DNA from: Octopus sinensis
Taxonomy: Eukaryota
Length of the DNA: 64,000 bases
Assembly (NCBI RefSeq): GCF_006345805.1
Contig: NC_043009.1
Location: 65,410,001-65,474,000, forward strand
Direction: 5' to 3'
Below are positions 1 to 13,560 of this stretch, piece by piece (positions within the stretch are counted from its first letter, which is position 1; every line of letters begins with the position of its first letter). A model generated the notes under the pieces. The model was not told the DNA's origin, ran no database searches, and saw nothing but the letters and a program-made list of their open reading frames with translations. A program made the position numbers and the translations under genes.

Positions 1-79
1 TTGTATCCTTCAGTAAAACACTTTATTTCACGTTGCCCCAGTCCACTCAGCTGGCAAAAATGAGTTGTACTTATATTAC

Positions 80-440
80 AATAACACTCCACTACTTACT
101 ATTTTTCTCCATAGTTTATCAACACATATCTTGACACAAATACTTTATCAATTTATGTAGAAGTAACACTCACAATTTATTCGGTTTTGTAATAACACTC
201 CAAAATTTCTGGATTTATCTTATGGCTATTTAAATCCTCACCCAATAAATTTCATCTTTTTATGTCCTGACACTCCACAACTCATTAAAATCCGTTTACC
301 TGCCTATGACATACTACAGTTTATCAATTTAAGTAATAACACTCCACAATTTATCAACTCGCCTAACAACACTCCTGAGTGTATCAATTGACGTAGTGAT
401 ATTTCACTGCTTGTCATTTTACGTAATGACATTCTACGAT
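80..440. repeat. Degenerate ~30-bp minisatellite
   Basis: The motif (t/g/c)aacactcc(a)caatttatc recurs in variant form about six times (near 83, 163, 193, 269, 337, 368). Confidence 0.4.
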
Positions 441-803
441 ATATCTACTCATGCCAATCCCTCTCCATAGTTCATAAACTCACTCAAGGGCATAGTTTAT
501 CTCTACGTCTTCATATTTCCTGGCACTATATTTATCATAGGTCCTTGTCATGCTACAATGTATCAGATATCAGTGATATTGATTTCTATCCGGAAAACCA
601 ATCAATATCACTAATCTACAAACACGCCGTCGTTGCAAAAGCATTATTCATTTTTGAAATGATTATCAGTTACGCATTTTGGGATCTTGGTTGACCAATT
701 AAACCTCACTCCAGTATTTAGCTAAAATATCTTTTTACGGTAACTGTTACTGATACTTGAAGTCCAAATCTTGAAGTAGCAAATGTATTATTGTAAAATA
801 ACA

Positions 804-1136
804 GTGGCATCTTGAGCAAGTGTCTTCTGCTATAGCCCCGGGCCGACCAATGCCTTGTGAGTGGATTTGGTAGACGGAAACTGAAAGAAGCCTGTCGTAT
901 ATATGTATATATATGTATGTGTGTGTTTGTGTGTCTGTGTTTGTCCCCTAGCATTGCTTGACAACCGATGCTGGTGCGTTTATGTCCCCGTTACTTAGCG
1001 GTTCGGCAAAAGAGACCGATAGATAAGTACTGGGCTTACAAAAGAATAAGTCCTGGGGTCGAGTTGCTCGATTAAAGGCGGTGCTCCAGCATGGCCGCAG
1101 TCAAATGACTGAAACAAGTAAAAGAGTAAAAGAGTA
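804..1136 (+). mobile_element. tRNA-derived SINE family A, 5'-truncated
   Basis: Shares gcaagtgtcttct...gccttgtgagtggatttggtagacggaaactgaaagaag...ggcggtgctccagcatggccgcagtcaaatgactgaaacaagtaaaagag with about ten other copies in the window. Confidence 0.9.
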
Positions 1137-1239
1137 ACATTTACAGTACCCAAAGCCTTCTGATCCGCTGAACTTGAACACACTTTTTTTTTTTTGATTA
1201 CTAAATCACGTATAAGATTTGTTTTCTGTTGTATTTCAA

Positions 1240-1480
1240 CATACAGAATTACTCCAATGGTCGAGTCTATTTTCCATTCTAACCGCCAGTATTGCAAAAA
1301 ATATGGCTTATCGAAATTAGATAGGAAGAGGAATCTTAGAAAAGTCAACTCTATCATTGCAATCGCGGTAGCAGTCCGTACACAGCAATTGACAAATGGG
1401 AAACCGTTCGATTGTTCCAGCAGCTCAGCTTTTGGCAAATATTGTAATGAATCGGCTCTACCTAACTGGAGATCGAAGAC
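1240..1480 (+). pseudogene. Possible highly decayed non-LTR retrotransposon RT fragment
   Basis: NRSIVPAAQLLANIVMNRL (ORF 1396 frame) loosely resembles the NYRxISLLxxxxKILAxIxxNRL motif at the start of LINE RT domains. Only one weak motif. Confidence 0.25.
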
Positions 1481-1738
1481 TAACAAACTACAAAAGCATT
1501 TTTTTAAAGGATCGAGAATATATATTCGTAGGTGTGTGTGTGTGTGTGTGTGTGTGCGTATTCATTTACATTTATATGTATATAAGTGCATATGTGGTGC
1601 AAGTAGAAATTATTGAAAATATCTGGTTAAATCTTGCAGCCACCCCGGGTGCAAAATGATGATCAATTTTTCGATTGAGTTATTTAAAAATATCTCAACA
1701 ACACCGCATCTTACAGAAGAAAAAAACAACCAAACAAT

Positions 1739-1739
1739 T

Positions 1740-1795
<56 letters not shown>

Positions 1796-1823
1796 GGTGG
1801 TGGTGGTGGTCGTCGTCGTCGTC
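1739..1823. repeat. Compound (GTA)n(GTG)n(GTC)n microsatellite
   Basis: Directly visible. Confidence 0.95.
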
Positions 1824-3533
1824 AATGATTTGTTTTCTTTATATGTACGTATAGATTGTTGGGGTTTCGATAAGTAGAGATGTGTTTGTACATTTTTTTT
1901 CCAAAGTTGATTTCGTTTTACGTATTGTTTAAAAAGTCACGTGAGAATCTCGCCAAAATGTCTCACGATAAATGAATTTATTACTTCTCTATGTTAAATC
2001 AAAGACTTTTATCTGTTTAGTTATATTGAAATTAATTATACCGTTTTATAATTTATTTAACAGAACTTAAAATTTAGTAGTTAAAATCCCTCATGGTTAT
2101 TTCGTTTATATTTATACATTTTCCTGTCCCAGACTCGACGATGTCTCTCCCTTGTTCTTATTTAGTTATGCTTCAATTTCTGGCTTCGTCGATACTTTTA
2201 CTCAGTTGATTTATTTCACTCGAAATTCGATCATAGAAGTTTTTACACTTAAGATCTATCGGAGACATTGCATATTTTCTCTTGCGGGTAATAAACTTCA
2301 GCCCTCGAGGAAAAGGGGAGTTTCTGTCCATTAGAAATAGCAGGCAATCTCCTTAGAATTACATCCTTCCGTCTGAGAAAAGAATAGCATAGACAAAAGA
2401 TATTTACACCAAGAGTGAAATCCGTTATACGATAAATCGATAAAGACTGATCCGGTGCTAAATACCAGCAAATTCCATTATTCTTTTTCTTCCACTTCTC
2501 ACCCTTCTCCTTCTCCCTCTCTCTCACTCCACCTCTTTTCTCCACCCCCCTCTCACTCCACCTCTTTTTCTTTCCTCTCTCTCTCAATTTCTCACTCCAT
2601 CTCTTTACCCCCCCTCTCTCTATCTCGATCTCTATGTTGTTGCATAAGGACTTATTCTCCATTCTGAATCGTACCACAAGCAATGAGAATAGTATAATGT
2701 ATTAATGTATATAATGTATTATTGACGATTTTACATCGTCTACAATATACTTTCAATACTAAGTTCCATACACTATTATTATTATTATTATCAAACAATG
2801 ATATTTTGGAACTGTCATGGTCATATTGCTTCATCCGTTTTGCCCTCTGGTGGTCTTCAGGCGCATTTTCTTATTTTGTCTGCGTTGATTAAAAAGTGTT
2901 CCGTTCCCAAATTACTTCATGAATGGTACGGAGTAAGACAGACAAGTATTGTTCGAGAGGTTAGCACCATTCTAGGTGTGACTATTCCTTCCAAAATCAA
3001 TGAGAAAGACAATATTTATGGGTGTCTACACCCCAAACTGCAACTTATCGTCCTACACTACAAATTTTGACATCTATACGGATAGCAATTCATACATTTG
3101 GCAATCAAAAGTAAAAGAAAAAGTGATAATCGAAAAATGTATACAATTTCAGTCACCGAACACGCTTTACATTTACAATTTGTGTGCGCAAAAGGAAAAT
3201 ATGTAAGATCGTGTGTAAGCTTGTATGTAAGTACGTAAGTAGGTGTGAATGGCTGTAAGTATATTGTGTGTGAGTATGTGTGTATGGTCGTGTATGGTTG
3301 TGTTTATGAATACGTGTTTGCGAACCTAATCCATCTTTTTGTACCAACATATTTTGAACTCACTTGCATGTATTTTATATGAATGTCATACGTATTAATG
3401 TATGTATGTATGTTATGTATGTATGTATGTATGTATGTATGTATGTATGTATGTATGTATGAATGAATGTATGTATGTATATATTGTATACACGCACACA
3501 TACACACACACACATATATATATATATAATTAA

Positions 3534-3852
3534 CAGAATGAGATAAAACATCCAAGAGTGTGAATAGATGTAAGAACATTTATTAAGAGGTCTTACAGCT
3601 GTTTCCGGGATATTTTATATATCTCTTCATCAGAGACGGTGCGAGAAAATGGTTAAAAAATAGTTATTATAGAGAAGATAAGAAATACAGAGTGAAGTGG
3701 AGGAATGAAAACAGACGTGAGATATGTAAGGATATTGTATCTGCAGTTCGATTATTTAAGCAGAATGGTATACATATATGTATCCTGTACGTTGTGTGTG
3801 AGTTCCAATGGTGTTTATAATTGGTTACTCCAAGCATAGTGTTTTGTAAACG
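3534..3852 (-). mobile_element. Penelope-like terminal repeat fragment (same family as both arms at 37771-38375)
   Basis: Alignable by eye to 37771-38100 (cagaatgagataaaa...cttcatcagagac...gagaaaatggtt...gtgaagtggaggaatgaaaa). Carries an HHR. The minus frame ends in a W...C..FCLN-like stretch reminiscent of PLE endonuclease C-termini. Confidence 0.65.
3590..3637 (-). ncRNA. Minimal type I hammerhead ribozyme motif, canonical core
   Basis: Minus strand reads GUCU-CUGAUGA-a-GAGAUAU-auaaa-AUAUCCC-g-GAA-AC-AGCU-GU-A/AGAC. Stem I GUCU:AGAC, stem II 6/7 bp, palindromic AGCU loop III, GUA cleavage triplet. One extra purine on each side of stem II. Confidence 0.7.
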
Positions 3853-3889
3853 GTAGATAGATAGCTAGCTAGCTAGCTAGATAGATAGC

Positions 3890-3949
<60 letters not shown>

Positions 3950-4571
3950 ACGAGAGAGATAGAAAGAGAGAGGGGAAGGGAAATAACTATTCTGGTGCAT
4001 GGATAATTCTCGCCTAATTGCATGCTGGGAATGGAGGCAAGGTGGTGGTGGCAACATTTGTGTGGGAAGGGAGAGAGAGAGGGGGGAAACAGACAGACAG
4101 ACAGACAGAAAGATAGAGCGTAATTGTCCAATCATTTTCACGTTTTTACTCCAACTTCCATTCGATTAGAAATCTAGACCTTTGGTTATTCTGTGATGTT
4201 GAACTGAGGACTTCATCCCTTCTCATCTGATTCTTAAAAAGAAACCTATGCGAATTTTTTTCTTTAGAATCTGTAATGGTAATAAATTCAGGGAATTCAT
4301 ATTTGTTTTAACTGGGTTTGAACACCGAATATATGTTTACATTATGTTTTATTCTAGAAAAAAAAATGTAGTTCTTAAAACAGCTCTGTTGTCATACAGA
4401 GAGCAAAAGCAGGAAAGCCTGAGATGCGAAACCGTGACCTGTCATTGTCAACGACGCTGTAATGACTACAACACAAGTAACTACATTCATAATCCTCTAA
4501 ATACATACAAGCAGCAGATGTATGTTGTCTATTTAGAATAAATAAAATGTTAGCTTTAACATCCGTACGTG

Positions 4572-4633
<62 letters not shown>

Positions 4634-4737
4634 GAAGCACACACACACTCATGCTCACACATATGCATGATTAGAATCACACACGGACATGCATGCATGC
4701 TTAAATGCATACATATTCACATGTATATATATATATG

Positions 4738-4768
<31 letters not shown>

Positions 4769-6192
4769 GCATATATATATACACACACACATATAATTGC
4801 ATACAAGAATACATAAGCACTAATGTGTTTGTGCGTGCGTGTTTGCATGTCTATGTATGGATAGAACTTGCTTCAGTGTTAATAAAGAATGTGAAATCAA
4901 TTGTATGTATATATATATATATATATATGGATGAAGATATATGTGTGTTTGGTCCCGAGTGCGTATGTAACTGTATATAATGTACGTGTGTTTGTGTGAA
5001 TGTGTGTGTCTGTATTTAGGTGTGAGTGTTGGCGTATATTAATCTTTATTTCTGCAAACAGCTTCCTACTGCTTGTTCCAACACAAAACATTTTTTAATA
5101 CAATAACACTTATTTGTCGACATGAAATTGAAAAAAAAAACAATACAATAAAAAAAAAGTTTATGCATACAAATAACACACACACACACGCGCACGTATA
5201 TGTATGTATACTCATCTGTATATGTGTGTGTATGTATGTATTTATTTGCACATATATGAGTGTGTGTGTGTGTATCAGTGTCTGTAGATACGAATGCATG
5301 GCTGTATATTTTGTATCAATATATGTGAGGGAATAAAAACTAATACTACAAATAAGATAATTATTAAGGAGAGAAAGAAAAATGCGAGGAAATAAAAATG
5401 AAGAAAAGCTTAAAAGATAAATAAAGAAAAAAGTAGAAGCAAATGTAATAACATTCAACCTGAACGATAAGAAGAGCAACACGAACAAAATGGACGTCGC
5501 GAAAAATGTAAGAAAGAAAGAAAGAAACAACCAAATGTAAAAAAAAAAAACGAAAAAACGATAAACTCTCCTGCAACAATCTTCTATAAAGGTAAAAAGA
5601 AATAGTGGAGCAAAAAAACATATATCAAAACATGAAGAGTGCTGGGGTGGAAATAAAAGTGTATAATAAGGATAATAATACAAACAATGAAAATGATGAA
5701 GAGAGAGGAGAAGGTGGAGGAGAAAGATAGTGGTGGCGGTGGCGGTGGTGGGAAGTAAAGAAGGAATTACATCAGAAAATGAATAAATAATGTTTTATGT
5801 TTTTCTGTGTTTTGTAATATAATGAAGTAAACTAGCCTCGGATTTTTATATTAAGGGAAAATAAAGGATTTCTTTTTTTCGACTCGACAGAAAGTTCCGA
5901 TATTTTAAGGAATAAATCGGTAGAGCTTGAGTTATGATGTTGAAACATTCTACATGGAATGGTCTGCATAATGTAATTAAAAGTAAAGTAAAATGTCTTC
6001 GAATGCGGATTGAAACCACTTGCCTCACAGCGATCGCCAATAATAAACTGAAGTTTATCACCTTCGATACAAGACCAAATATCGATTTTATTTTTTACGA
6101 AGGCCTCTAATCTAGGAGACGTGTATAGCCGATTCTATCTACCCATACTGACTGGTATTTTGTTATCAGAAGGCTAAATAGAGACGGGTACA

Positions 6193-7040
6193 CAGGGTGT
6201 TCTAGTTAAATTTGAGGATATCTATTCTCCTTTTGTTTTCAAGAACAACTTGATGCATCGATGAATAGTCAACGGCGTTGGAGAGTATAAAGATTAAAGA
6301 TGTAATTGAGGAAAGTTTAGCTGACGTGGAGGACTGGAAGCGATCGGAATACTGGAAAAGATTAACTGTATCATGATAATGCACACCAAATTTCAAGATG
6401 GCCACATCATGACTGCTGCTCTGTCCTCTGCGAACGCATTTAAGACTATGAGACGGGAGATGGATATCAAGAAAAACTAAGTTCCTCCAAACCATGATGG
6501 CCTTTGGGTATGTCTCCGGTAAGGGTGACGTTATGCTGTCTCACATCGTTCAACAGGGCCGTAGGTTCAAATCAGATGGCTCTGTGAAGCTGCTGGAAAA
6601 GGCGTTTAAACCCTTCATGGAACGGATTGCTGCTGGAGAGCCAGTAGGATTCGGCTTCTTGCTGTATCTCCCGAAAGAGTCAGAGGTGGTTGTCGAAGAA
6701 TTTCCAATTTATGGCCTCGTAATTCTTCCGATAATAATTCCATGAATTACTATGTGTGGGGCGCGCTTGAGAAAGCCATCAACCGCGCTGGCTACAACAC
6801 CGAAGCCGAGCCAGTGGCCATGATCAAGGAGGTGTTCAAAAATTTTCTCAGGGGCACAGTAAGTAAAGCATGCACCAGGTTTCGGAGCCATCTTGAGGCC
6901 GTTGGGAAGCTAAGGGCAGTTACTTTGAAAGACCTGTTATCGCCCAACCATATTCTAGTTGGCACATTTTTATTAAATTAAAATCTTTTAAATTTTTGGG
7001 TGGGATATTTTGTAAACTGTCAAATTTAGCCCCAACACCC
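6193..7040 (+). mobile_element. Tc1/mariner DNA transposon relic with frameshifted, internally deleted transposase
   Basis: Translations KTKFLQTMMAFGYVSGKGDVMLSHIVQQG and NSSDNNSMNYYVWGALE...KACTRFRSHLEAV match the VMV(W/F)G and SPDLNPxDYxVWG...ACxxFRxRLEAV motifs. Imperfect TIRs: gggtgttctagttaaatttga at the left, tcaaatttagccccaacaccc at the right. Confidence 0.85.
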
Positions 7041-8109
7041 AAAATGTATGCTACTGTTTGTATTTCTACATATTATGGGTGTTCTCTCATACAATCTTAT
7101 ACATATTATTACACATATCTCGCACATGAGCCCTGGATTAATCTCGCAATGTCCCTGTGATACAACCTCTTGGCAGCTGCAACACTTCCACGATACAAAA
7201 GACAAATGCTTAAAATCTTCACCTTTAATGCTGAGTACATACAACAAGAGAGAACGTTCGGTGGCCGCATTTGGTAACTCCAAAAGTACAAATATACTAC
7301 TATAGCAGTGTACCTCTATCAACAATACAAACGCCGTCCATCGCTCGCATAAATAGGTATTGCGTAACAGCTTCATGAAATACGTGGAATCTAAATTTAT
7401 ATGCATATTTGGGACAGAAGGTTGCGGGCTGATACATGCAGTGGATCTGATTTATGGCTCATAACAGTCTATAAACTGGAGTTAAGTTTACGTCTGATGT
7501 TCTCTCATTAACAGACGATTGTGGAAGCCATTTTGTAGATTTTGCAGCAGTTTATTTCTTAACGACGTCTAAGATTTCACCTGTTCAGTGTGAGGCTCGA
7601 AGGACCGTATCGTGGTTGGGAATGCACACAATGTTATATGTTGAAAGTGCTGGTGTTTTCTATACTTCTACCCTACTTCTATCTACCCGTTAATCAATGT
7701 GTACATAAACCTCTGGTCCTCAATAAGGTTCCCTATGACACTCGGAGTTTCCATATAAGATTTTGTTGGTAAATTTTATATTTCTACAATAGGCAAAACA
7801 TCTTAACTACTTTTTATACAATTCCTTGGAGGTGTGAACGGAGTAAAATGTGAAACAAAATGTGAAACATCGGAAAAGAATGGTTGAGATTTACTGCCAT
7901 ACACATTCACTCAATTTAGATAGTCCATGTATACTATGGTGAGCATGTGTTGGACTGATATTGATTAATTGGGGGTCGGCGCTGGTTGACAAATCGCACC
8001 TGCCGCGTTTAGAAGTGGTGAATGTAAGTTTGAGGAATGGAATCCGGGTGGACGCTGGTGGTGGGTATAGTCTATTTGGTGCATTAGTAATATTTTATTG
8101 TATTGTATT

Positions 8110-8240
8110 CCGTCGAGGTCTTTCATCCTTTCGGGGGTCGATAAATTAAGTACCAGTTGCATACTGAGGTCGCTCTAATCGACTGGCCCCCTCCCTCCAA
8201 ATTTCGGGCGTTGTGCCTAGAGTAGGAAAGAATATGTTAT
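8110..8240 (+). mobile_element. SINE family B, 3' fragment
   Basis: ctttcatcctttcggggg tcgataaattaagtaccagttgcatactg...ccaaatttcgggcgttgtgcct matches the other family-B copies. Confidence 0.8.
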
Positions 8241-8664
8241 TGTATTGTTACGTGTTATTGTTAGGATTCAGCTTTGGAATTGTGGGATAGCTGCTTTACT
8301 GGCTGCTTTGAGGTAAAGGTGAATAAAAGGGTTGTAAAATGCAGAAAAGCTGAGAACGCCGGGTTGAAATCGTGCTTCGTTTGGGACGGTAATGTTTTTT
8401 CCTATTTCGAGTTTGAAGTATGATGTGTGTGGACAAAGAGAAACCGTTTCTTCTCTTTTGTTAGGAATTTTCCTCGGCCAGTTGACCAGGTGAGTCATTC
8501 CAACATTCTGTGACGGAAGCTTTGCATCTGCCACCTCATCCATTATTCTTGCTTCTCATGGCATCGATGCTCCTACATTTATAAGAGTGCTCATCACTTG
8601 GCAGTCCTTCAGGCTCCACACCGTTTAGATGGTGATAGCATTCTGGTCAAGTAATAAAGAAACC

Positions 8665-8791
8665 ATTATATATATATATATATAATATATATATATATAT
8701 ACACTTACATACATATATATATATACACATATATATATGTGTGTGTGTGTATGTATATATATGCATGTACATATATATACATATATATAGT

Positions 8792-8872
<81 letters not shown>

Positions 8873-8935
8873 AATATATATATATATAGATGCATACAGA
8901 CAAACAGACAAGTAATAGATAGATAGATAGATAGG

Positions 8936-8993
<58 letters not shown>
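8665..8993. repeat. (AT)n followed by (AGAT)n microsatellites
   Basis: Directly visible. Confidence 0.9.
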
Positions 8994-8994
<1 letters not shown>

Positions 8995-9614
8995 ATGTTT
9001 AGATACACACACACAAACACACACACACACATTCCAATATATTTATTCCTACAGCTAGTTAGCCTTTTATCTAGTAAGATATTCCTCTCACACGTTCTAT
9101 TTTTTTTCATCGGGGGGGCGGGGGTTTGCACCTTCCCTATCCTTATATCTACAAACCCACTTCTCTAACTTGCATATCTTTATTTTTATATAATTACTTT
9201 CCTTTATTTTATTATTTTTTTTTTTGTATTTTGTATTGTTTATCTATAAACGGACTCTTTTCAACTCCGATATCATCAAATTCACATTAATCACCAAGTC
9301 ATCACAGACGAATAGGAAAGAAGCTCATCAGAGCAGTCCGGCAGGAGACTTTGGTGAAGATTTTTGGTGAAGAAATACGAAGAATAGGAGCAAAAGAAAT
9401 AAGGAAGGAAATAAAAATGTAGCAATGAAAGAAAGGAAGAATTGAAGAATAGAGAAAACGAGTAGAAAAGTTATTTACAGAAATACAGGAAAATCACCAA
9501 CGAAAATGGTCCATGTGTGTGTGTGTGTGTGTGTATGCATATCTGTCTATCTATCTGTATATATATATATACATATATTATATATATGTAATATAAATAT
9601 TATTATGTATTATG

Positions 9615-9686
<72 letters not shown>

Positions 9687-9779
9687 ATATATATATAATG
9701 TATATATATATATATGTATTATATGTTATTATATATATGTAGATATATAATGATAAATGTATATATATGTATATATTAC

Positions 9780-9815
<36 letters not shown>

Positions 9816-11125
9816 GATATATTATTTGTGTTGTGTGTGTGGTGTGTGTGGAAGAGTGTGTGTATGTATCTATGTATTTGGCGCGGGTTGGCGGGAGGAG
9901 GAGCGGTGCGCATTTGCCAGGTTTTGGATCCAACACTGTTGTTCAAGTAGTCCCTCGTATGAAGATTAATGATTATAGATATTATTAATTCATGTTTATT
10001 CATGCAGATACACAAGAAAACACTTACGAAAACACACGTAAACAGACGAACACATCATATGCACACACATGCACATGCACACGCACACACTAATGTGTGG
10101 GTGCGTGTGTGGGGGTGTGGGGGGTGTAGGGGTGGTGTTTTGCACGCGTATCCTAAATAGATTACAGATTAATGCACTCCGAAAGGGACAACGCAAGAAG
10201 GTGGTAAGAATATATAACGGATATCTATCTATCGTTTTCTTTCTCTCCCTACACACACACACACACACACACACACTCGCAGGCACACACACACTCGCAG
10301 GCACACACACACTCGCAGGCACACACACAAGCACACACACACACACACACACAATATATACGCAAACACATGCACACACACACATATACGCATACACACA
10401 ACACGCACAGACACACACGCGCCTATATATTCAATCTGACATAAATACACACTTATATACAGACACAGAGACATATTTAGACATGTGTACTTCGAGAATG
10501 TATGTCTGTGTGTCTGAACGCTATAATGTGTTTGTATTTGTGTATGTGTATGTGTGTGTGTATGTGGGTCTGTAAACGCATACAAAGGGAAACAGACAAA
10601 TGGATGAGCACATGCATCCATTCTTGTATGAATTGATTGAGACAGAAGCATGTTCTAAATTTTTATTTAAAGGCAAAACAAGTGGAGCCAATGACGTGTG
10701 TTTAAGGACCTTTGGTAATGTCTGGTTTCGTGACCCAGAGAGGACAGCAAATCAATCCACCATTGGCTGGGTTCTATGTCTATCCAGGGTTTTATTTCAT
10801 CATCGTCTTTCTGTTATTCTTTTGCAGATGAAATAAATATGGATGCAGTTTTAATTGACTCTAACCGCTGTCAGTTGATCTTCGTCTTCTATTTTAAGAC
10901 AGAGCAAATAAACTGTTCTCCCTGCATTTGTTCTGTGTCCGAGCAATAACGATTACTAGAGTTTTGTTGAACCGAAGCTGTTGCATTTTGCATGGGTTTG
11001 GCTATCCGCTTTCTTCGATCACGTAGCCGATTTAATAAACAGCAACGAATCTCTTCCTCGAACACGAGGAACACATTAGGAGACATTATTTATCGTATAT
11101 TTCATTACACTCTAATACTTACCGT

Positions 11126-11274
11126 TTCTTCTTCTTCTTCTTCTTCTTCTTCTTCTTCTTCTTCTTCTTCTTCTTCTTCTTCTTCTTCTTCTTCTTCTTC
11201 TTCTTCTTCTTCTTCTTCTTCTTCTTCTTTTCTTCTTCTTCTTCTTCTTCTTCTTCTTCATCTACTTCTTCTTC
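11126..11274. repeat. (TTC)n microsatellite
   Basis: Directly visible. Confidence 0.95.
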
Positions 11275-11299
11275 ATCATTTTAGCTGTTAAGCTTAAGA

Positions 11300-11635
11300 C
11301 AAAATGCAACATTCAAAGGATATTAACTCATGAAAAGAAGATAGTTGGAGAACTCGGATACCTGTGTTCTTGGTCAGCCATTCCAGACGGTTATATTTCT
11401 GCTTTTAAGTTGTATCTAGTGGTCCGATCATAATTGGTATAACCACATTTTGTTACTTGGCATCCCTCTACATTTCTGTTATTTCTACTTTTAATTCAGC
11501 GTATTTGAAGGTCTCTTTTTACTTTATCGACTGCAAGGTTTTGGTCAGAAGATATTGCAATGTCTATTAGAAAACATTATTTTCTTTTGCTGTCGTTTTT
11601 TAAATATCAAGTCTACGACGTTTTATTGCTTTGCC
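11300..11635 (-). pseudogene. R4/Dong-like LINE restriction-like endonuclease (REL) domain relic
   Basis: Minus-strand translation with frameshifts: IKRRRLDI...FLIDIAISSDQN...KETFKYAELKVEITEM*...VVIPIMIGPL. This follows the RPDI / LID.AIP.D.N / EK..KY..L..EI..MW / VIPIVIGALG motif order. Confidence 0.7.
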
Positions 11636-11727
11636 TCAATGGATGTCAAAATCTCATAGCATCTTCAGTTTCTACCACTTTCAGATGCATAGATGCATAT
11701 ATATACATACATACATATATATATATA

Positions 11728-12098
11728 TACTCTTTACTCTCTCTTTTACTCTTTTACTTGTTTCAGTCATTTGACTGCGGCCATGCTGGAGCACCACCTT
11801 TTAGTACTTATTTTATCGGTCTCTTTTTGCCGAACCGCTAAGTGACGGGGACCTAAAACACACCAGCATCGGTTGTCAAGCAATGCTAGGGGGACAAACA
11901 CAGACACACAAACACATACACACATATACATATATATAACATATATACGACAGGCTTCTTTCAGTTTCCGTCTACCAAATCCACTCACAAGGCATTGGTC
12001 GGCCGGGGCTATAGCAGAAGACACTTGCCCAAGATGCCACCAGTGGGACTGAACCCGCAACCGTGTGGTTGGTTAAGCAAGATACTTACCACACAGCC
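11728..12098 (-). mobile_element. SINE family A, near full length
   Basis: Reverse complement of the family-A body, including the tRNA-like head (ggctgtgtggtaag...gggttcagtcccac) and the (gagtaaaa)n tail. Confidence 0.9.
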
Positions 12099-12534
12099 TA
12101 TATATATTATATATATATATATAATATATAATATATATATATATAGATATATGTATATATATATATAAAACAGCTTCAGTTTAGACATGTATCTGAGATG
12201 GTTACTTGCTGAATAGGTTCAAATCCAGAGTTGTCATCTTTCGAATACCCCAGCAGTGATTATTCCGTTTTCGCATAGTGTTTAATCACTATTTTTCTAT
12301 TTATCTGTGCCTTTAAAATAATATTCAGGATATTCTTAAGCATGTAAGTGATTTGGTTAATAATTCTATCGGCATTCAGCAGCATGAATTCATTCTGAAG
12401 ATGATCCTGGGATTGCCTACAAACACAGAAGTTGTATTTAGGAATTTGTTCTTTCAGGCAAAATTTAAAGAACTCATAAAAGATATAATGATTAAGGTGT
12501 TTTCTCAACATGCCTAACAATTTCCCACTTCTCT

Positions 12535-12761
<227 letters not shown>

Positions 12762-12763
<2 letters not shown>

Positions 12764-12859
12764 CGATTTACAGGATCATGCTCAAAGTGGTTTCGTCACT
12801 CGCACGTAGCAAAGATGGTGCGTGTGAGTGACGAAACCACTTTGAGCATGTAAATCGTA
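12762..12859. other. Long near-perfect hairpin (pre-miRNA-like or tiny fold-back element)
   Basis: 12777-12806 pairs with 12821-12850 (29 Watson-Crick pairs plus one G.U) around a 14-nt loop. tacgattta (12762-12770) pairs with taaatcgta (12851-12859) beyond a 6-nt bulge. Confidence 0.75.
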
Positions 12860-13136
12860 AGAGAGGAGAGAGAGAGAGAGAAGAGAGCACTTTGCTCTCA
12901 TGTGTTTTTTTTCCTCCCTGCCTGAGGTTACCGTGGTCTTTTCTGTAGGCTTTTCTTTCCACGGATGAACCTAATCTTGTTTGTTACTTTGAAAAAACAC
13001 AATAATAATTTCTTTCTGTGATACACGATCCCTTTTGATCGAAATTTTACATTTGCTTCCTTTTTTTCTTCTTTTCCTTTTCCATCTCCGAAAATTGTCC
13101 CCTCTGTGTCCAGCTCTGTGTGGCCAATAATGAAAG

Positions 13137-13549
<413 letters not shown>

Positions 13550-13560
13550 GAAATAAGCAA

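Noticed and set aside
1090-1130. SINE-A 3' end AGUC-aaau-GACU-GAAAC-AA-GUA looks like half a hammerhead
   Set aside because: No CUGANGA-like core precedes the hairpin (uggccgc instead) and there is no stem I in any copy.
995-1486. 163-aa minus ORF and similar ORFs containing FDCGHAGAPP or LKAVLQHGRSQ (e.g. 38724, 49385, 63440)
   Set aside because: These recurring peptides are simply SINE family A read in different frames.
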